Shown: piece by piece, positions 1 through 8,673 of the stretch
How the letters are laid out: each line of letters starts with the position of its first letter
Position numbering within the stretch: position 1 is the stretch's first letter
DNA from: Candidatus Micrarchaeota archaeon
GTDB taxonomy: Archaea > Micrarchaeota > Micrarchaeia > Micrarchaeales > CABMGC01
Reading direction: 5' to 3'
Length of the DNA: 32,000 bases
Assembly: GCA_023256495.1 (NCBI GenBank)
Contig: JAGDXY010000015.1
Span: 4,892 to 36,891 of the forward strand
Notes under the pieces: model-generated
Databases searched by the model: none
What the model was told of the DNA's origin: nothing
The model's input: only the letters and a program-made list of their open reading frames with translations
Position numbers and translations under genes: made by a program

Positions 1-52
1 TAAAAGCAAAATGCGAACTTCTTAGCTCTTTGGATCTTCTTGAGGTTATAGC

Positions 53-931
53 ATGAAAGATTTAATTTATACTATTCAATTGCCTTATTCTGTTCCAAAT
101 GAATTTAATAAAGATTCAATACTCATCGGTTTTGATCAATTAAATAGCCCTATATTCCTTAATTTTGAAGAATTGCTGAATAACAATATTGCTATTGTTG
201 GATCAAGCGGTAGTGGGAAAACATTTTTTATTAAAAATTTTATTTTGCGTGCTATCTCTACAAGCAATATAAAATTTCTAATATATGATACAACAGGAGA
301 ATATACTGGATTAATGGATTTCGAACAGGTAATATATACAAGGGAAAAGGAATATATGCAAGAAGTATTTACAAAAGCAAAAAGCAGTGACCATGACATT
401 TTTCTATTTGTATTAGATGAAGCTTGGAGGGTTTTATTAAACGACACATCTTTTTCATCTTTTATAAGAGAAGGTAGAAAATATAAAATAGGATTTGTTT
501 TATCTACTCAATCAATTGATGATTTTAGTAATGAGATATTAGAAAATATATCATTATTTTTGTTATTCTCTTCAAACAAAGAAGCGAAGGCTCTGGGTAG
601 CTGTGAATTAATAGAAAAAAGAAAAGACAACATAAATTTTCATAAAAAAATTAAAATATTAGGTTTACAGGCAAAGAACAAGTTTATATTTGGTGATCAT
701 ATGAAAATAGATATACCAACATCTAAATTCTATAAATTAATGCAAAAGGACTTTGGAGAAATATATGATATAGAAGATAATGAAATAGAATTAGCTAAAC
801 TAATAAATATATTATTAAATAAAAGTAGCAAGCAGAGAGTATTGAAATTCATCCTAGACCTAGGTATAGATAAGCAAATAGCGGTTTTATTATTTTCTAA
901 AATAATAGAAGGTGAGTTAATTGAGATATAA
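53..931 (+). CDS. Minimal HerA/FtsK-like (DUF87-type) P-loop NTPase
   Basis: Walker A GSSGSGKT, Walker B-like FLFVLDEAW, then GRKYKIGFVLSTQS, in the motif order of HerA/FtsK-type ATPases. Only 292 aa. An in-frame stop upstream at 23-25 rules out a longer N-terminus. Confidence 0.6.
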   Translation: MKDLIYTIQLPYSVPNEFNKDSILIGFDQLNSPIFLNFEELLNNNIAIVGSSGSGKTFFIKNFILRAISTSNIKFLIYDTTGEYTGLMDFEQVIYTREKEYMQEVFTKAKSSDHDIFLFVLDEAWRVLLNDTSFSSFIREGRKYKIGFVLSTQSIDDFSNEILENISLFLLFSSNKEAKALGSCELIEKRKDNINFHKKIKILGLQAKNKFIFGDHMKIDIPTSKFYKLMQKDFGEIYDIEDNEIELAKLINILLNKSSKQRVLKFILDLGIDKQIAVLLFSKIIEGELIEI

Positions 932-1502
932 ATATAGAATTTCTATAAAGCTACCATGTAAATGGCATTCTAGTGTATATTCTATTTATGAAGCAATAAA
1001 TAAGTTAAAATTAAACTTAGATATCTACGGTCTAACATTTAAATTTTATAAAAAGAGTAATAATTTATTATATATATTTGAATTATCAAAAGAATCATTT
1101 AAAGCAGATGTTTATTCAAATGAAGTCATATCATATACGAATTCAATTAAATCTATATTAGCTATGATATATTATTTATCACACTACATTAATTTTTCTT
1201 TAGATAAATTAATACCATATATAATTGATTTGCAACAATTGAAAGATGAAAGCAACATAATTGATGAAAAGAACTATCATCTTCTTGCAAATTTTATATT
1301 AAAAGAACATAAAAAATTAGAAGAATTGGATGATGAACTGAATAAAAAGATCTTATTCTTTAATTCTATTATTTTAGATATAATAAAACTAAATAAAAGA
1401 ATACTCCTAAGTAATAACGAAGCTAGAGGCTATATAATGAAATTAATTGCAGAAAAGAAACTGCCTTATGAATTTGATAGAAACTATTTGGTAATATTAT
1501 GA
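921..1502 (+). CDS. Hypothetical protein, translationally coupled to the upstream ATPase
   Basis: TTG start 4 nt after a GGTGAG SD-like motif (911-916). Overlaps the upstream gene by 11 nt. No motif recognised. Confidence 0.45.
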   Translation: MRYKYRISIKLPCKWHSSVYSIYEAINKLKLNLDIYGLTFKFYKKSNNLLYIFELSKESFKADVYSNEVISYTNSIKSILAMIYYLSHYINFSLDKLIPYIIDLQQLKDESNIIDEKNYHLLANFILKEHKKLEELDDELNKKILFFNSIILDIIKLNKRILLSNNEARGYIMKLIAEKKLPYEFDRNYLVIL

Positions 1503-1702
1503 TCGCTTATATATTATTATTTTTATCAATATTGGTACTTTTGTTTTTATATAAATATAAACCTAAAAATAAAATTGTAATATACTATTATATGCCAAGC
1601 CAATTTGATGTCTTTGATATTAATAACAAATTTTTATTCTTAAATTTAGTTTATAATAAAAAAGATTCGTTTATCTCTAAATTTAAAGAATTATTAAAAT
1701 GA
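1499..1702 (+). CDS. Small protein with one N-terminal transmembrane helix
   Basis: ATGA start/stop overlap with the upstream ORF. Hydrophobic N-terminus IAYILLFLSILVLLFLY. Confidence 0.4.
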   Translation: MIAYILLFLSILVLLFLYKYKPKNKIVIYYYMPSQFDVFDINNKFLFLNLVYNKKDSFISKFKELLK

Positions 1703-1738
1703 AAAATCTTTTTATTTTTAAGCAAATTAATCTAAATT

Positions 1739-2173
1739 ATGGTTGAATGCAAATTTTGTAAAATAATTAATGGGGAGCTCCCCAGCTATAAAGTATATGA
1801 AGATGATTATACCTTTGCCTTTTTAGATAATTTACCTGTTTCTTTTGGTCATACATTAGTTGTGCCTAAAAAACATATATTAAATATATTTGAATTGCCA
1901 AAAGAAGAAATCGAGCCTCTATTTTCTACTGTAAAGCTTCTCTCTATAGCTGTAAAAGAGGCTATGAACGCAGATGGCATATTTATTGCAATAAATAATA
2001 TAGTTAGTCAATCTGTTCCACATATACATATACATATAATACCAAGATATTATAATGATAAGATGCATGGTTTCTTTTGGCCTAGGAAAAGATATTCTGA
2101 TGAACAAGCTAAGAATGTTCAAGATCTAATAATAAAAAAATTAGGCGATATCAATGAATATAAGCAAAGGTAA
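1739..2173 (+). CDS. HIT-family nucleotide hydrolase/transferase
   Basis: Histidine triad HIHIHIIPR plus the N-terminal C-x-x-C...FLD pattern typical of HIT proteins. Confidence 0.85.
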   Translation: MVECKFCKIINGELPSYKVYEDDYTFAFLDNLPVSFGHTLVVPKKHILNIFELPKEEIEPLFSTVKLLSIAVKEAMNADGIFIAINNIVSQSVPHIHIHIIPRYYNDKMHGFFWPRKRYSDEQAKNVQDLIIKKLGDINEYKQR

Positions 2174-2642
2174 ATTTGTTTTGTTAATAATAATGTCTAT
2201 AATAGGACTTAGTTCATCTCTTGTAGTATTGTATGAGTATGATATCTTCCATAATCCACCACCGTTCTGTATTCAAAATACAGCAATCTTTGGCGCTGTT
2301 GTAAATTGTGAGATTGTTTTATCTAGCAGATATGCAACAGTGTTTAATATACCTCTTGATGCTTTGGCTGCTATTTGGTTTATAATAAACATAATACTTG
2401 TCATTTGCGTTAGCTTTTTGACTTTAGATACTGCGAGGAGATTTCTAAATATATTATTCTTTTGGCGCTTCTTAGGCTTGATAATAGTACCTTATCTAAT
2501 ATTCCTTGAATTTTTTGTTCTACATGCAATATGTATCTACTGTACTATAATGCATGTAGCAATAATACTAGACTTTATAATAGTTTCATACTTCTTATTC
2601 TATAAAGAAAATATATTCAAGGTGCATGGGCCAAATGGATAG
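2154..2642 (+). CDS. Vitamin K epoxide reductase (VKOR) family membrane protein, standalone
   Basis: Loop Cys pair (FCIQ...NCEIVLSSRYA..FNIPLDA) and a CIYC C-x-x-C motif in a later TM helix, with about 4-5 TM segments. An alternative ATG start lies a few codons downstream. Confidence 0.7.
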   Translation: MNISKGKFVLLIIMSIIGLSSSLVVLYEYDIFHNPPPFCIQNTAIFGAVVNCEIVLSSRYATVFNIPLDALAAIWFIINIILVICVSFLTLDTARRFLNILFFWRFLGLIIVPYLIFLEFFVLHAICIYCTIMHVAIILDFIIVSYFLFYKENIFKVHGPNG

Positions 2643-3189
2643 GCAAACCTATTAAACCTATTACAAAAGCAATCAATGATGCAACTATAGTTAATATTAT
2701 AAATACATATGCAATTGTTTTATTTGTTCTTTTTGTATTTTCAAAGTAATTACTTATTTTATAACCCAATATACCTGCTAATCCAAAGAATAAATATAGT
2801 AAGAAGAATGCTATTGGACTATTTGTCATACCATATAAAAAGCCAATTAAACCATATATTATTGTTATTATACCACTAAATGCTGCAATAAAGCCAGAAT
2901 AAATTAACTCAAAGTTAAATAAAATAGAAAAACCAGATATTAATAAGATAATACTAAATAAAGTTAGTGGATCATAGAACAATATGTTGTAGCTGCTAGG
3001 CAAAGTCCATGTAAACTCATTATATAGAGACAGCATTAACGTTATCAAGCCAATTATAACTAAGCTAACTGCAAACCCCTTTAAGTCAAGTTTCTTATTT
3101 TTTATAAGGATCCAATATGCATTGCATGCTATGAGAAAACCGCTTATTCCTAAGATAAATAATTCAAGCAACAAATCATCTACAAACAT
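2617..3189 (-). CDS. Integral membrane protein (about 6 TM), family uncertain
   Basis: Uniformly hydrophobic 190-aa ORF. Its 3' end overlaps the convergent VKOR gene by 26 nt. Confidence 0.5.
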   Translation of the reverse strand: MFVDDLLLELFILGISGFLIACNAYWILIKNKKLDLKGFAVSLVIIGLITLMLSLYNEFTWTLPSSYNILFYDPLTLFSIILLISGFSILFNFELIYSGFIAAFSGIITIIYGLIGFLYGMTNSPIAFFLLYLFFGLAGILGYKISNYFENTKRTNKTIAYVFIILTIVASLIAFVIGLIGLPIHLAHAP

Positions 3190-3197
3190 ATTATCAC

Positions 3198-3989
3198 CTA
3201 GAATCTAAAGCTTCTTTTTGTGCTTCCCGCTGACCAACCGCCGTCAACAGCGATTATCTGCCCAGTTATGTACGAAGAAGCGTCAGAAGCCAGAAAGACT
3301 ACAGCGCCTTTTAGCTCTTCAGGATTTCCCAGCCTCCCGAGTGGGGTAGAGTTCAGTATATGGTCCAAAATTTCTTTGTTGTTGAGCACATCTTTTGTCA
3401 TTTCGCTTGGAAAATATCCAGGTGCTATTGCATTTACTCTTATTTTGTAGGGCGCTGCTTCTATTGCAAGGGCTCTTGTGAAGTTTACCACTGCCCCTTT
3501 AGCGGCATAATAAGGGGCTGCTGGTATTATGTCTCCCCATAGCCCATATATCGAAGCTATGTTTATTATCCTTCCATCTATTCCTTTCTCCACCATGTAC
3601 TTCATTGCATGCTTGCTGAATAGTGCAACCCCTATCAGATCTGTTTGCACGCATAAATTCCAATCCTCCTTGCTTAACTCTATTGTGGGGCCCACTACTG
3701 CAATTCCTGCATTATTGACAAGTATGTCTATCCTGCCAAAGTTCTTGTCTGCAACCTCAATCACTTTCTTTATGTCCTCTTCGTTTGTAACATCAGCTTT
3801 TACCGGCACTATTTTTCTTCCTGTCTTTTTTGCAATCTCTTCGGCATTCGCCTTCAATTTTTCTTCCCTCCTTGCGCACACCACACAATCGGCACCGGCT
3901 TCTGCAAGCCCTTCTGTAAATGCAATGCCAAGACCACTCGACACACCTGTAACGATTGCAACCTTTCCCTTCAGGCTAAACTCCACCAT
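3198..3989 (-). CDS. Short-chain dehydrogenase/reductase (SDR), gluconate-5-dehydrogenase/KduD/FabG-like
   Basis: Cofactor motif TGVSSGLG, NNAG, and catalytic Y-x3-K (YYAAKGAV). Markedly higher GC than its neighbours. Confidence 0.85.
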   Translation of the reverse strand: MVEFSLKGKVAIVTGVSSGLGIAFTEGLAEAGADCVVCARREEKLKANAEEIAKKTGRKIVPVKADVTNEEDIKKVIEVADKNFGRIDILVNNAGIAVVGPTIELSKEDWNLCVQTDLIGVALFSKHAMKYMVEKGIDGRIINIASIYGLWGDIIPAAPYYAAKGAVVNFTRALAIEAAPYKIRVNAIAPGYFPSEMTKDVLNNKEILDHILNSTPLGRLGNPEELKGAVVFLASDASSYITGQIIAVDGGWSAGSTKRSFRF

Positions 3990-4064
3990 TCTCCCGCAAC
4001 CATTATATTGTATAAAAACAAAAGGTTTTTTAAATTTTGTTTATTAATTTGAATTAGTGAGAAT

Positions 4065-4433
4065 ATGGCCACGAAGAAAAGAGTTGAAAAGCAATCTTTT
4101 GACCCATTCTATAAATTTGCGCAGCTTGTTGGTATAATCGGTGCCCTTATTCTAATAGTATTTGGAGTAAGCATGTTGACATTTTATTCAACAATACAGA
4201 TAGTTATGCCTATGATGATCTATAGCTCAACAATGTATTATTCATTTATAATAATAGGTATATTAGGCGGAATAGTAGGAATAGTAGGCGCATTTATGAG
4301 AGACCCATATTGGGCCGGTGCATTAATGCTAATAGGTGCAATGTTATCGGTACCTCTCTACTTCGGATTCTTTGGAATAGCATTTTTACTGATGGTTCTT
4401 AGCGGCTTAACATTCTTATCATTTAGAAAGTAA
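4065..4433 (+). CDS. Small integral membrane protein (about 4 TM)
   Basis: Hydrophobic 122-aa ORF that starts after an AT-rich divergent promoter region. Confidence 0.45.
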   Translation: MATKKRVEKQSFDPFYKFAQLVGIIGALILIVFGVSMLTFYSTIQIVMPMMIYSSTMYYSFIIIGILGGIVGIVGAFMRDPYWAGALMLIGAMLSVPLYFGFFGIAFLLMVLSGLTFLSFRK

Positions 4434-4440
4434 AGCAAAA

Positions 4441-4644
4441 TTAGAGAAGATCTGCAGTCATACTTTTATACTCTTTTCTTGTTTTTGTATTTGTCCAGCA
4501 ATCTTTGCATATATAAATTAATTTAGTTTTACTTACTCTTCTACTGCTCTTTACACAATTGTTGCATATCTTTCTATTACAGAAATTACATACAACATAT
4601 GTATGTATTGTTTCTCCACATCTTTCGCAAACATAAGTGGCCAT
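4441..4644 (-). CDS. Small zinc-ribbon protein with four C-x-x-C motifs
   Basis: CERC, CNFC, CNNC and CKDC within 67 aa, with a basic C-terminal half. Confidence 0.5.
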   Translation of the reverse strand: MATYVCERCGETIHTYVVCNFCNRKICNNCVKSSRRVSKTKLIYICKDCWTNTKTRKEYKSMTADLL

Positions 4645-4698
4645 ATTTATCTTTTTGTCTAAAAAAATTAATAAACCTTTAACAGATAAATAGAAATC

Positions 4699-6495
4699 AT
4701 GGATAAGAACAGATTTATTCTAAATATTTCTATAATTTCTATGATTTTGGAAATGTTATTGTTCTTTTCAAATATTTATATTAATTTTTATTTTGTCTAT
4801 CCATCAATATTATTTTTTTTAGTCAACTTAATATTTTTGGTATTCATCTTTAGTATTGCTTTTCATATAATTACTTTTAGAAACGCGCTTTTCCTATTTT
4901 TCATATTTTTAATTGTATATATATTATATTTTGTGTCTATATTTCTATATTCAATTAATATATCTGCATACTTTTACTTTTTTAATGTATTTTTCTTAGT
5001 TCTTCTCGCATTTTTTTCTTTAATGTTTTCTATTCTCATTATATATTTCTCTTTTGTTTTTGTTAAAAAGAAGCCAATCATCTCTATTGTTTTGATGTTT
5101 ATATTATTTGTTTTCTTATATTACATGTTTCTTTCTCGTAAAGTTTTAGTTGGTTTTGGATTTAGTGATGAATATGCTCTTGCATATATTGCTATGAGAA
5201 ATCTAAATCTAAATATATATAATTTATCAAAACCAAACGTTTTTGTAGATATTTTAGAACATGCAAAAAACATAGGTGTATCATATCTAGCCAATGGTTC
5301 TATAGTTGACCATTTTGATTATCCTATTGGTTACATTTTACCTTTAGAATTAGCGTTTAAGCAAGGTGAAAGTCTATTCTATTTTTCTAGATATACATCA
5401 GATACTGTTGAATGGCTTGGGTTTATACTATCAAGCTTATTGCTAGGTTATATTGTTTTTACAAAAAATAAATTTAATATGTTATCTATTTTGATTGTTT
5501 CTTTTCCATTTTTTATTATGGCCTCAACGATTTATGTAATTCTATTTTTTATTGTAATGTTAACATATTATCTCCTAGATAAGATAGATAATTATGTATT
5601 ATTGTCATTATTATTTAGTTTTGGCATACTTCTTCAACAATTATATTGGCCATTTTTTATATTAAGCATAGTCTTTTTATATGCAAATGGAAAAAAGAAA
5701 ATAGCCCTATATTCTTTTTTGCTATCTTCATTAATAGTATTAATAGCTTCATTACCTTTTCTATTGTATAACTATAAATCTTATATCTCTGCTTTATTAT
5801 TACCTACATCAAGAATGTTACCCAATCCTATTTCTATGCTTGCTATTGTAGCGAATCATATCAATTCTGTTTTTGTATTAGATATAATATTCTATACTAT
5901 AGTAATCATTTCTATTGTTGTTTTATATAAATTTAAAAATAAGCTTCTTATACCAATACTCTTATTTTTTATCTTTCTTTTCTTTTATAGAGTCATATAT
6001 ATACATTTTATTTTTTATCTTGGTTTAATGGGTTTTTCTTTTTATAATGATTATAGTTTTTATAAAATAGAAGATAAAAATGCTTTTAGATTTATTTTAG
6101 CATTAATAATTTTTAGTACTTTGTTATTATTATTGCTTTTAATACCTACAAAAATTAGTATATATGCAATAAACACAACACACAACTCTACAATAACGAA
6201 AATAACATATAACATAGAATTCAAAAATGCTAATGGCTATTGGTATGTAATAGAAATTGTAGAAAATCAAACATTTGCATCTATCTTTGGCGTTCTAAAT
6301 TCTACTATATTAAACAAATATAAGCCTTTATCAACGTATTTACCATATTCAACAAATAAAAACATTGTATTATTAAATGGCAGTGGACATAAAGAGATAA
6401 ACGTATTTGTTCCATATTATAAAAATGCTTATTATATGCTTATATTATCAAATAGCTCTTATTTTTATTTTTCTAATGCTACATTTACTAATTAA
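4699..6495 (+). CDS. Large polytopic membrane protein with a sequon-rich C-terminal extracytoplasmic domain, possibly GT-C-like
   Basis: More than 12 hydrophobic segments. Acidic loop motif FSDEY after the first TM cluster. The last ~120 aa are non-hydrophobic and carry about 7 N-x-S/T sites. The functional call is weak. Confidence 0.5.
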   Translation: MDKNRFILNISIISMILEMLLFFSNIYINFYFVYPSILFFLVNLIFLVFIFSIAFHIITFRNALFLFFIFLIVYILYFVSIFLYSINISAYFYFFNVFFLVLLAFFSLMFSILIIYFSFVFVKKKPIISIVLMFILFVFLYYMFLSRKVLVGFGFSDEYALAYIAMRNLNLNIYNLSKPNVFVDILEHAKNIGVSYLANGSIVDHFDYPIGYILPLELAFKQGESLFYFSRYTSDTVEWLGFILSSLLLGYIVFTKNKFNMLSILIVSFPFFIMASTIYVILFFIVMLTYYLLDKIDNYVLLSLLFSFGILLQQLYWPFFILSIVFLYANGKKKIALYSFLLSSLIVLIASLPFLLYNYKSYISALLLPTSRMLPNPISMLAIVANHINSVFVLDIIFYTIVIISIVVLYKFKNKLLIPILLFFIFLFFYRVIYIHFIFYLGLMGFSFYNDYSFYKIEDKNAFRFILALIIFSTLLLLLLLIPTKISIYAINTTHNSTITKITYNIEFKNANGYWYVIEIVENQTFASIFGVLNSTILNKYKPLSTYLPYSTNKNIVLLNGSGHKEINVFVPYYKNAYYMLILSNSSYFYFSNATFTN

Positions 6496-6512
6496 TTTTT
6501 AAATTTTTAAGT
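6496..6512 (+). promoter_or_regulatory. Candidate TATA-like promoter for the atp operon; the oligo-T runs may also terminate the upstream gene
   Basis: TTTTTAAATTTTTAAG lies 12-28 nt upstream of the atpH ATG. The T5 runs follow directly after the stop at 6493-6495. Confidence 0.3.
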
Positions 6513-6523
6513 TAAATCAATTA

Positions 6524-6841
6524 ATGATGGATTCTATTGGTTCGATTTTGGATGCAGAAAAAGAAGCAAAGAGAATAGTAGATGACGCTAATACTAAGGC
6601 AAAAAATATAATAGAAGAGGCAGAGAGAATAAAAGAAAGCATTATAAATGATGAGAAATCTAGATTAGAGAAAGAGCTTGAAGATAAAATAAAAGAATTG
6701 AAAAACTCATATTCAAATATAGACTTGTTTGATGAAGAAATGAAAAAGAAATTTATTGATTTAGAAAAGAGATTAGACTTATTATTAAAAAATAAAAAAG
6801 AGATTATAGAGGAGTTAATAAAAGTGATATTGAATGAATAA
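6524..6841 (+). CDS. atpH: A1Ao ATP synthase subunit H
   Basis: Charged coiled-coil protein (AEKEAKRIVDDA...) and the first gene of the H-I-K-E-C-F-A-B-D order. Confidence 0.75.
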   Translation: MMDSIGSILDAEKEAKRIVDDANTKAKNIIEEAERIKESIINDEKSRLEKELEDKIKELKNSYSNIDLFDEEMKKKFIDLEKRLDLLLKNKKEIIEELIKVILNE

Positions 6842-8663
6842 TCCATTTAAAAGTGAAGAGATTAGCAAAATAAGAATAATTTCATTAGAGGAGTTCAAAG
6901 ATAAAATTATAGAGAGATTGCATGAACTTGGATTAATAGAGATAAGCCAAACTCAATTTGATAATCATGATAATCCAAGCGAATATGTAAATGATATTAA
7001 TCTTAAACTCCTTAATTTAGAAAATCTTCTAAACTTTTATACAGTTTATAAAATAAAACCGATTAAAAAAATCTATTCTATAAAATCATTAAAAGATGCA
7101 AACAACTTATATAAAAAAAATAAAGTAGATAAGCTTATCAAAACAAAAACAAGAATATCAAAATTAAAAGAAGATCTTTCTGAAATAAAAGATGCAATTG
7201 AATATATAAAACTTTTTGATTTAGATGATGGATTAATATTAGCTATAAAGAACAACAAATTCAATTACAAAGCACTAATATTCAATAAGAAATATCTAAA
7301 TAACATAATTAAAATTATATCAAATAGCAGTAATGTAATCTATTACAAATATAATATAGTAAAAAACAATGTTTATTTAATACTACTTTTTATGAAAGAT
7401 AGCAATGATATTGGAATTAATATTGAACATACTGTTATAACATTTTCTAAAATGATAAATAAGTTAGATCTACTTAATAAGGAAAAAACAAAGATTGAAA
7501 AGGAATTGAATATATTACTAAAAGAAATGGAGATAAGTAGGAATAGATATACTGCATTATTAGCATTATATGAGTTCTATAAGATTCAAATGGAAAGAGA
7601 AAACGTAAAAAATTTTTTTGGCAAAACTGAAAGAACTTTTATAATAGAGAGTTGGGCTCCATTAAGAGATATTGAAATTATTGAAAATAATATTAATGAA
7701 ATCACAAAAGGCAAGTATTTTATTGAAAAAATTAAGACAAATGAACTTCCACCAACTTATATAAAATTGCCTAGATTTGCAAAACCATTCTATGAATTGA
7801 TGTCTTTAATAAATATACCTAGAAGCGATGAAATAAATCCATTTTTGATATTCTTAATTACTTTTCCTATATTTTATGGCATTATGATAAGCGATGTTGG
7901 CTATGGCTTATTAGCTTTAATTTTTGCAGCTTTATTAAAAAAAAGATATTATGAAGGTATGGCAAATAGCGTATTAACTATTATAGAATTATCATCTATT
8001 TTTGCAATCATCTTTGGCTTTTTGTTTGATAGCTTCTTTGGAATTAAGATAGACCATTATTTTGGTTTTAATGGCATAGACTTCTTACCTAATATAATAA
8101 ATATATTAGAGCTATCTTTAATTTTTGGAATTGTTCAAATATCTATAGGATTAGTGTTTGGATTTATAAATAATATAAAAAAAGGTAAAAAACGTGCCAT
8201 TAGTAAAGCTTCTGCACTTTTATTCATTGATTTTGGATCAATTACAGTAATAGCATTCTTATTTTTACATATATATAATTACATTGCTTACATATCATTA
8301 GCTATAACCCTTATCAGTCTTATCACTTACTTATATTATTCTGGTATGGAAGGCATAGAGATTACAACCCTTATATCACATCCTCTTAGTTATAGCAGAA
8401 TAATGGGATTTAGCGTTGCTAGCATGGTAATAGCTTTATTAATAGATAGGGCATTTACTCCAAATCCCTCATATAATATTGTAGTATTTATTTTCTACCT
8501 ATTAATATTTTTAGTTCTTCATATGCTTAATTTATCATTATCAGTTTTAGAAGCAACTGTTCAGACATTAAGATTAAATGTAGTAGAGTTCTTTACCAAA
8601 TTTATAGAAGGTAATGGTAAAAATTTCCAACCATTTAAAATTATAAAGCGTTATATTAAATAA
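6834..8663 (+). CDS. atpI: A1Ao ATP synthase subunit I (stator a-type)
   Basis: Soluble N-terminal half plus a polytopic C-terminal half with the conserved Arg context HPLSYSRIMGFSVAS. Position in the operon fits. Confidence 0.85.
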   Translation: MNNPFKSEEISKIRIISLEEFKDKIIERLHELGLIEISQTQFDNHDNPSEYVNDINLKLLNLENLLNFYTVYKIKPIKKIYSIKSLKDANNLYKKNKVDKLIKTKTRISKLKEDLSEIKDAIEYIKLFDLDDGLILAIKNNKFNYKALIFNKKYLNNIIKIISNSSNVIYYKYNIVKNNVYLILLFMKDSNDIGINIEHTVITFSKMINKLDLLNKEKTKIEKELNILLKEMEISRNRYTALLALYEFYKIQMERENVKNFFGKTERTFIIESWAPLRDIEIIENNINEITKGKYFIEKIKTNELPPTYIKLPRFAKPFYELMSLINIPRSDEINPFLIFLITFPIFYGIMISDVGYGLLALIFAALLKKRYYEGMANSVLTIIELSSIFAIIFGFLFDSFFGIKIDHYFGFNGIDFLPNIINILELSLIFGIVQISIGLVFGFINNIKKGKKRAISKASALLFIDFGSITVIAFLFLHIYNYIAYISLAITLISLITYLYYSGMEGIEITTLISHPLSYSRIMGFSVASMVIALLIDRAFTPNPSYNIVVFIFYLLIFLVLHMLNLSLSVLEATVQTLRLNVVEFFTKFIEGNGKNFQPFKIIKRYIK

Positions 8664-8668
8664 GGTGA
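8664..8668 (+). promoter_or_regulatory. Shine-Dalgarno-like GGTGA for atpK
   Basis: GGTGA sits 5 nt upstream of the ATG at 8674. It matches the SD complement of the conserved archaeal 16S rRNA 3' end. Confidence 0.5.
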
Positions 8669-8673
8669 AAATT

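Noticed and set aside
3220-4047. Three long plus-strand ORFs (3220-3450, 3360-3542, 3529-4047) lie opposite the SDR gene.
   Set aside because: They are artefacts of the locally higher GC, which gives fewer stop codons. The minus-strand SDR has TGxxxGxG, NNAG and YxxxK motifs, and the plus-strand translations have none.
6517-6846. A 109-aa minus-strand ORF mirrors atpH.
   Set aside because: The plus-strand product is a charged coiled coil typical of subunit H and sits in the correct operon position. The minus-strand product is a Ser/Phe/Ile low-complexity shadow.
8665-8673. GTG start for atpK, as given in the ORF track.
   Set aside because: This GTG lies inside the GGTGA SD-like motif. The in-frame ATG at 8674 has proper SD spacing and gives a typical c-subunit N-terminus.
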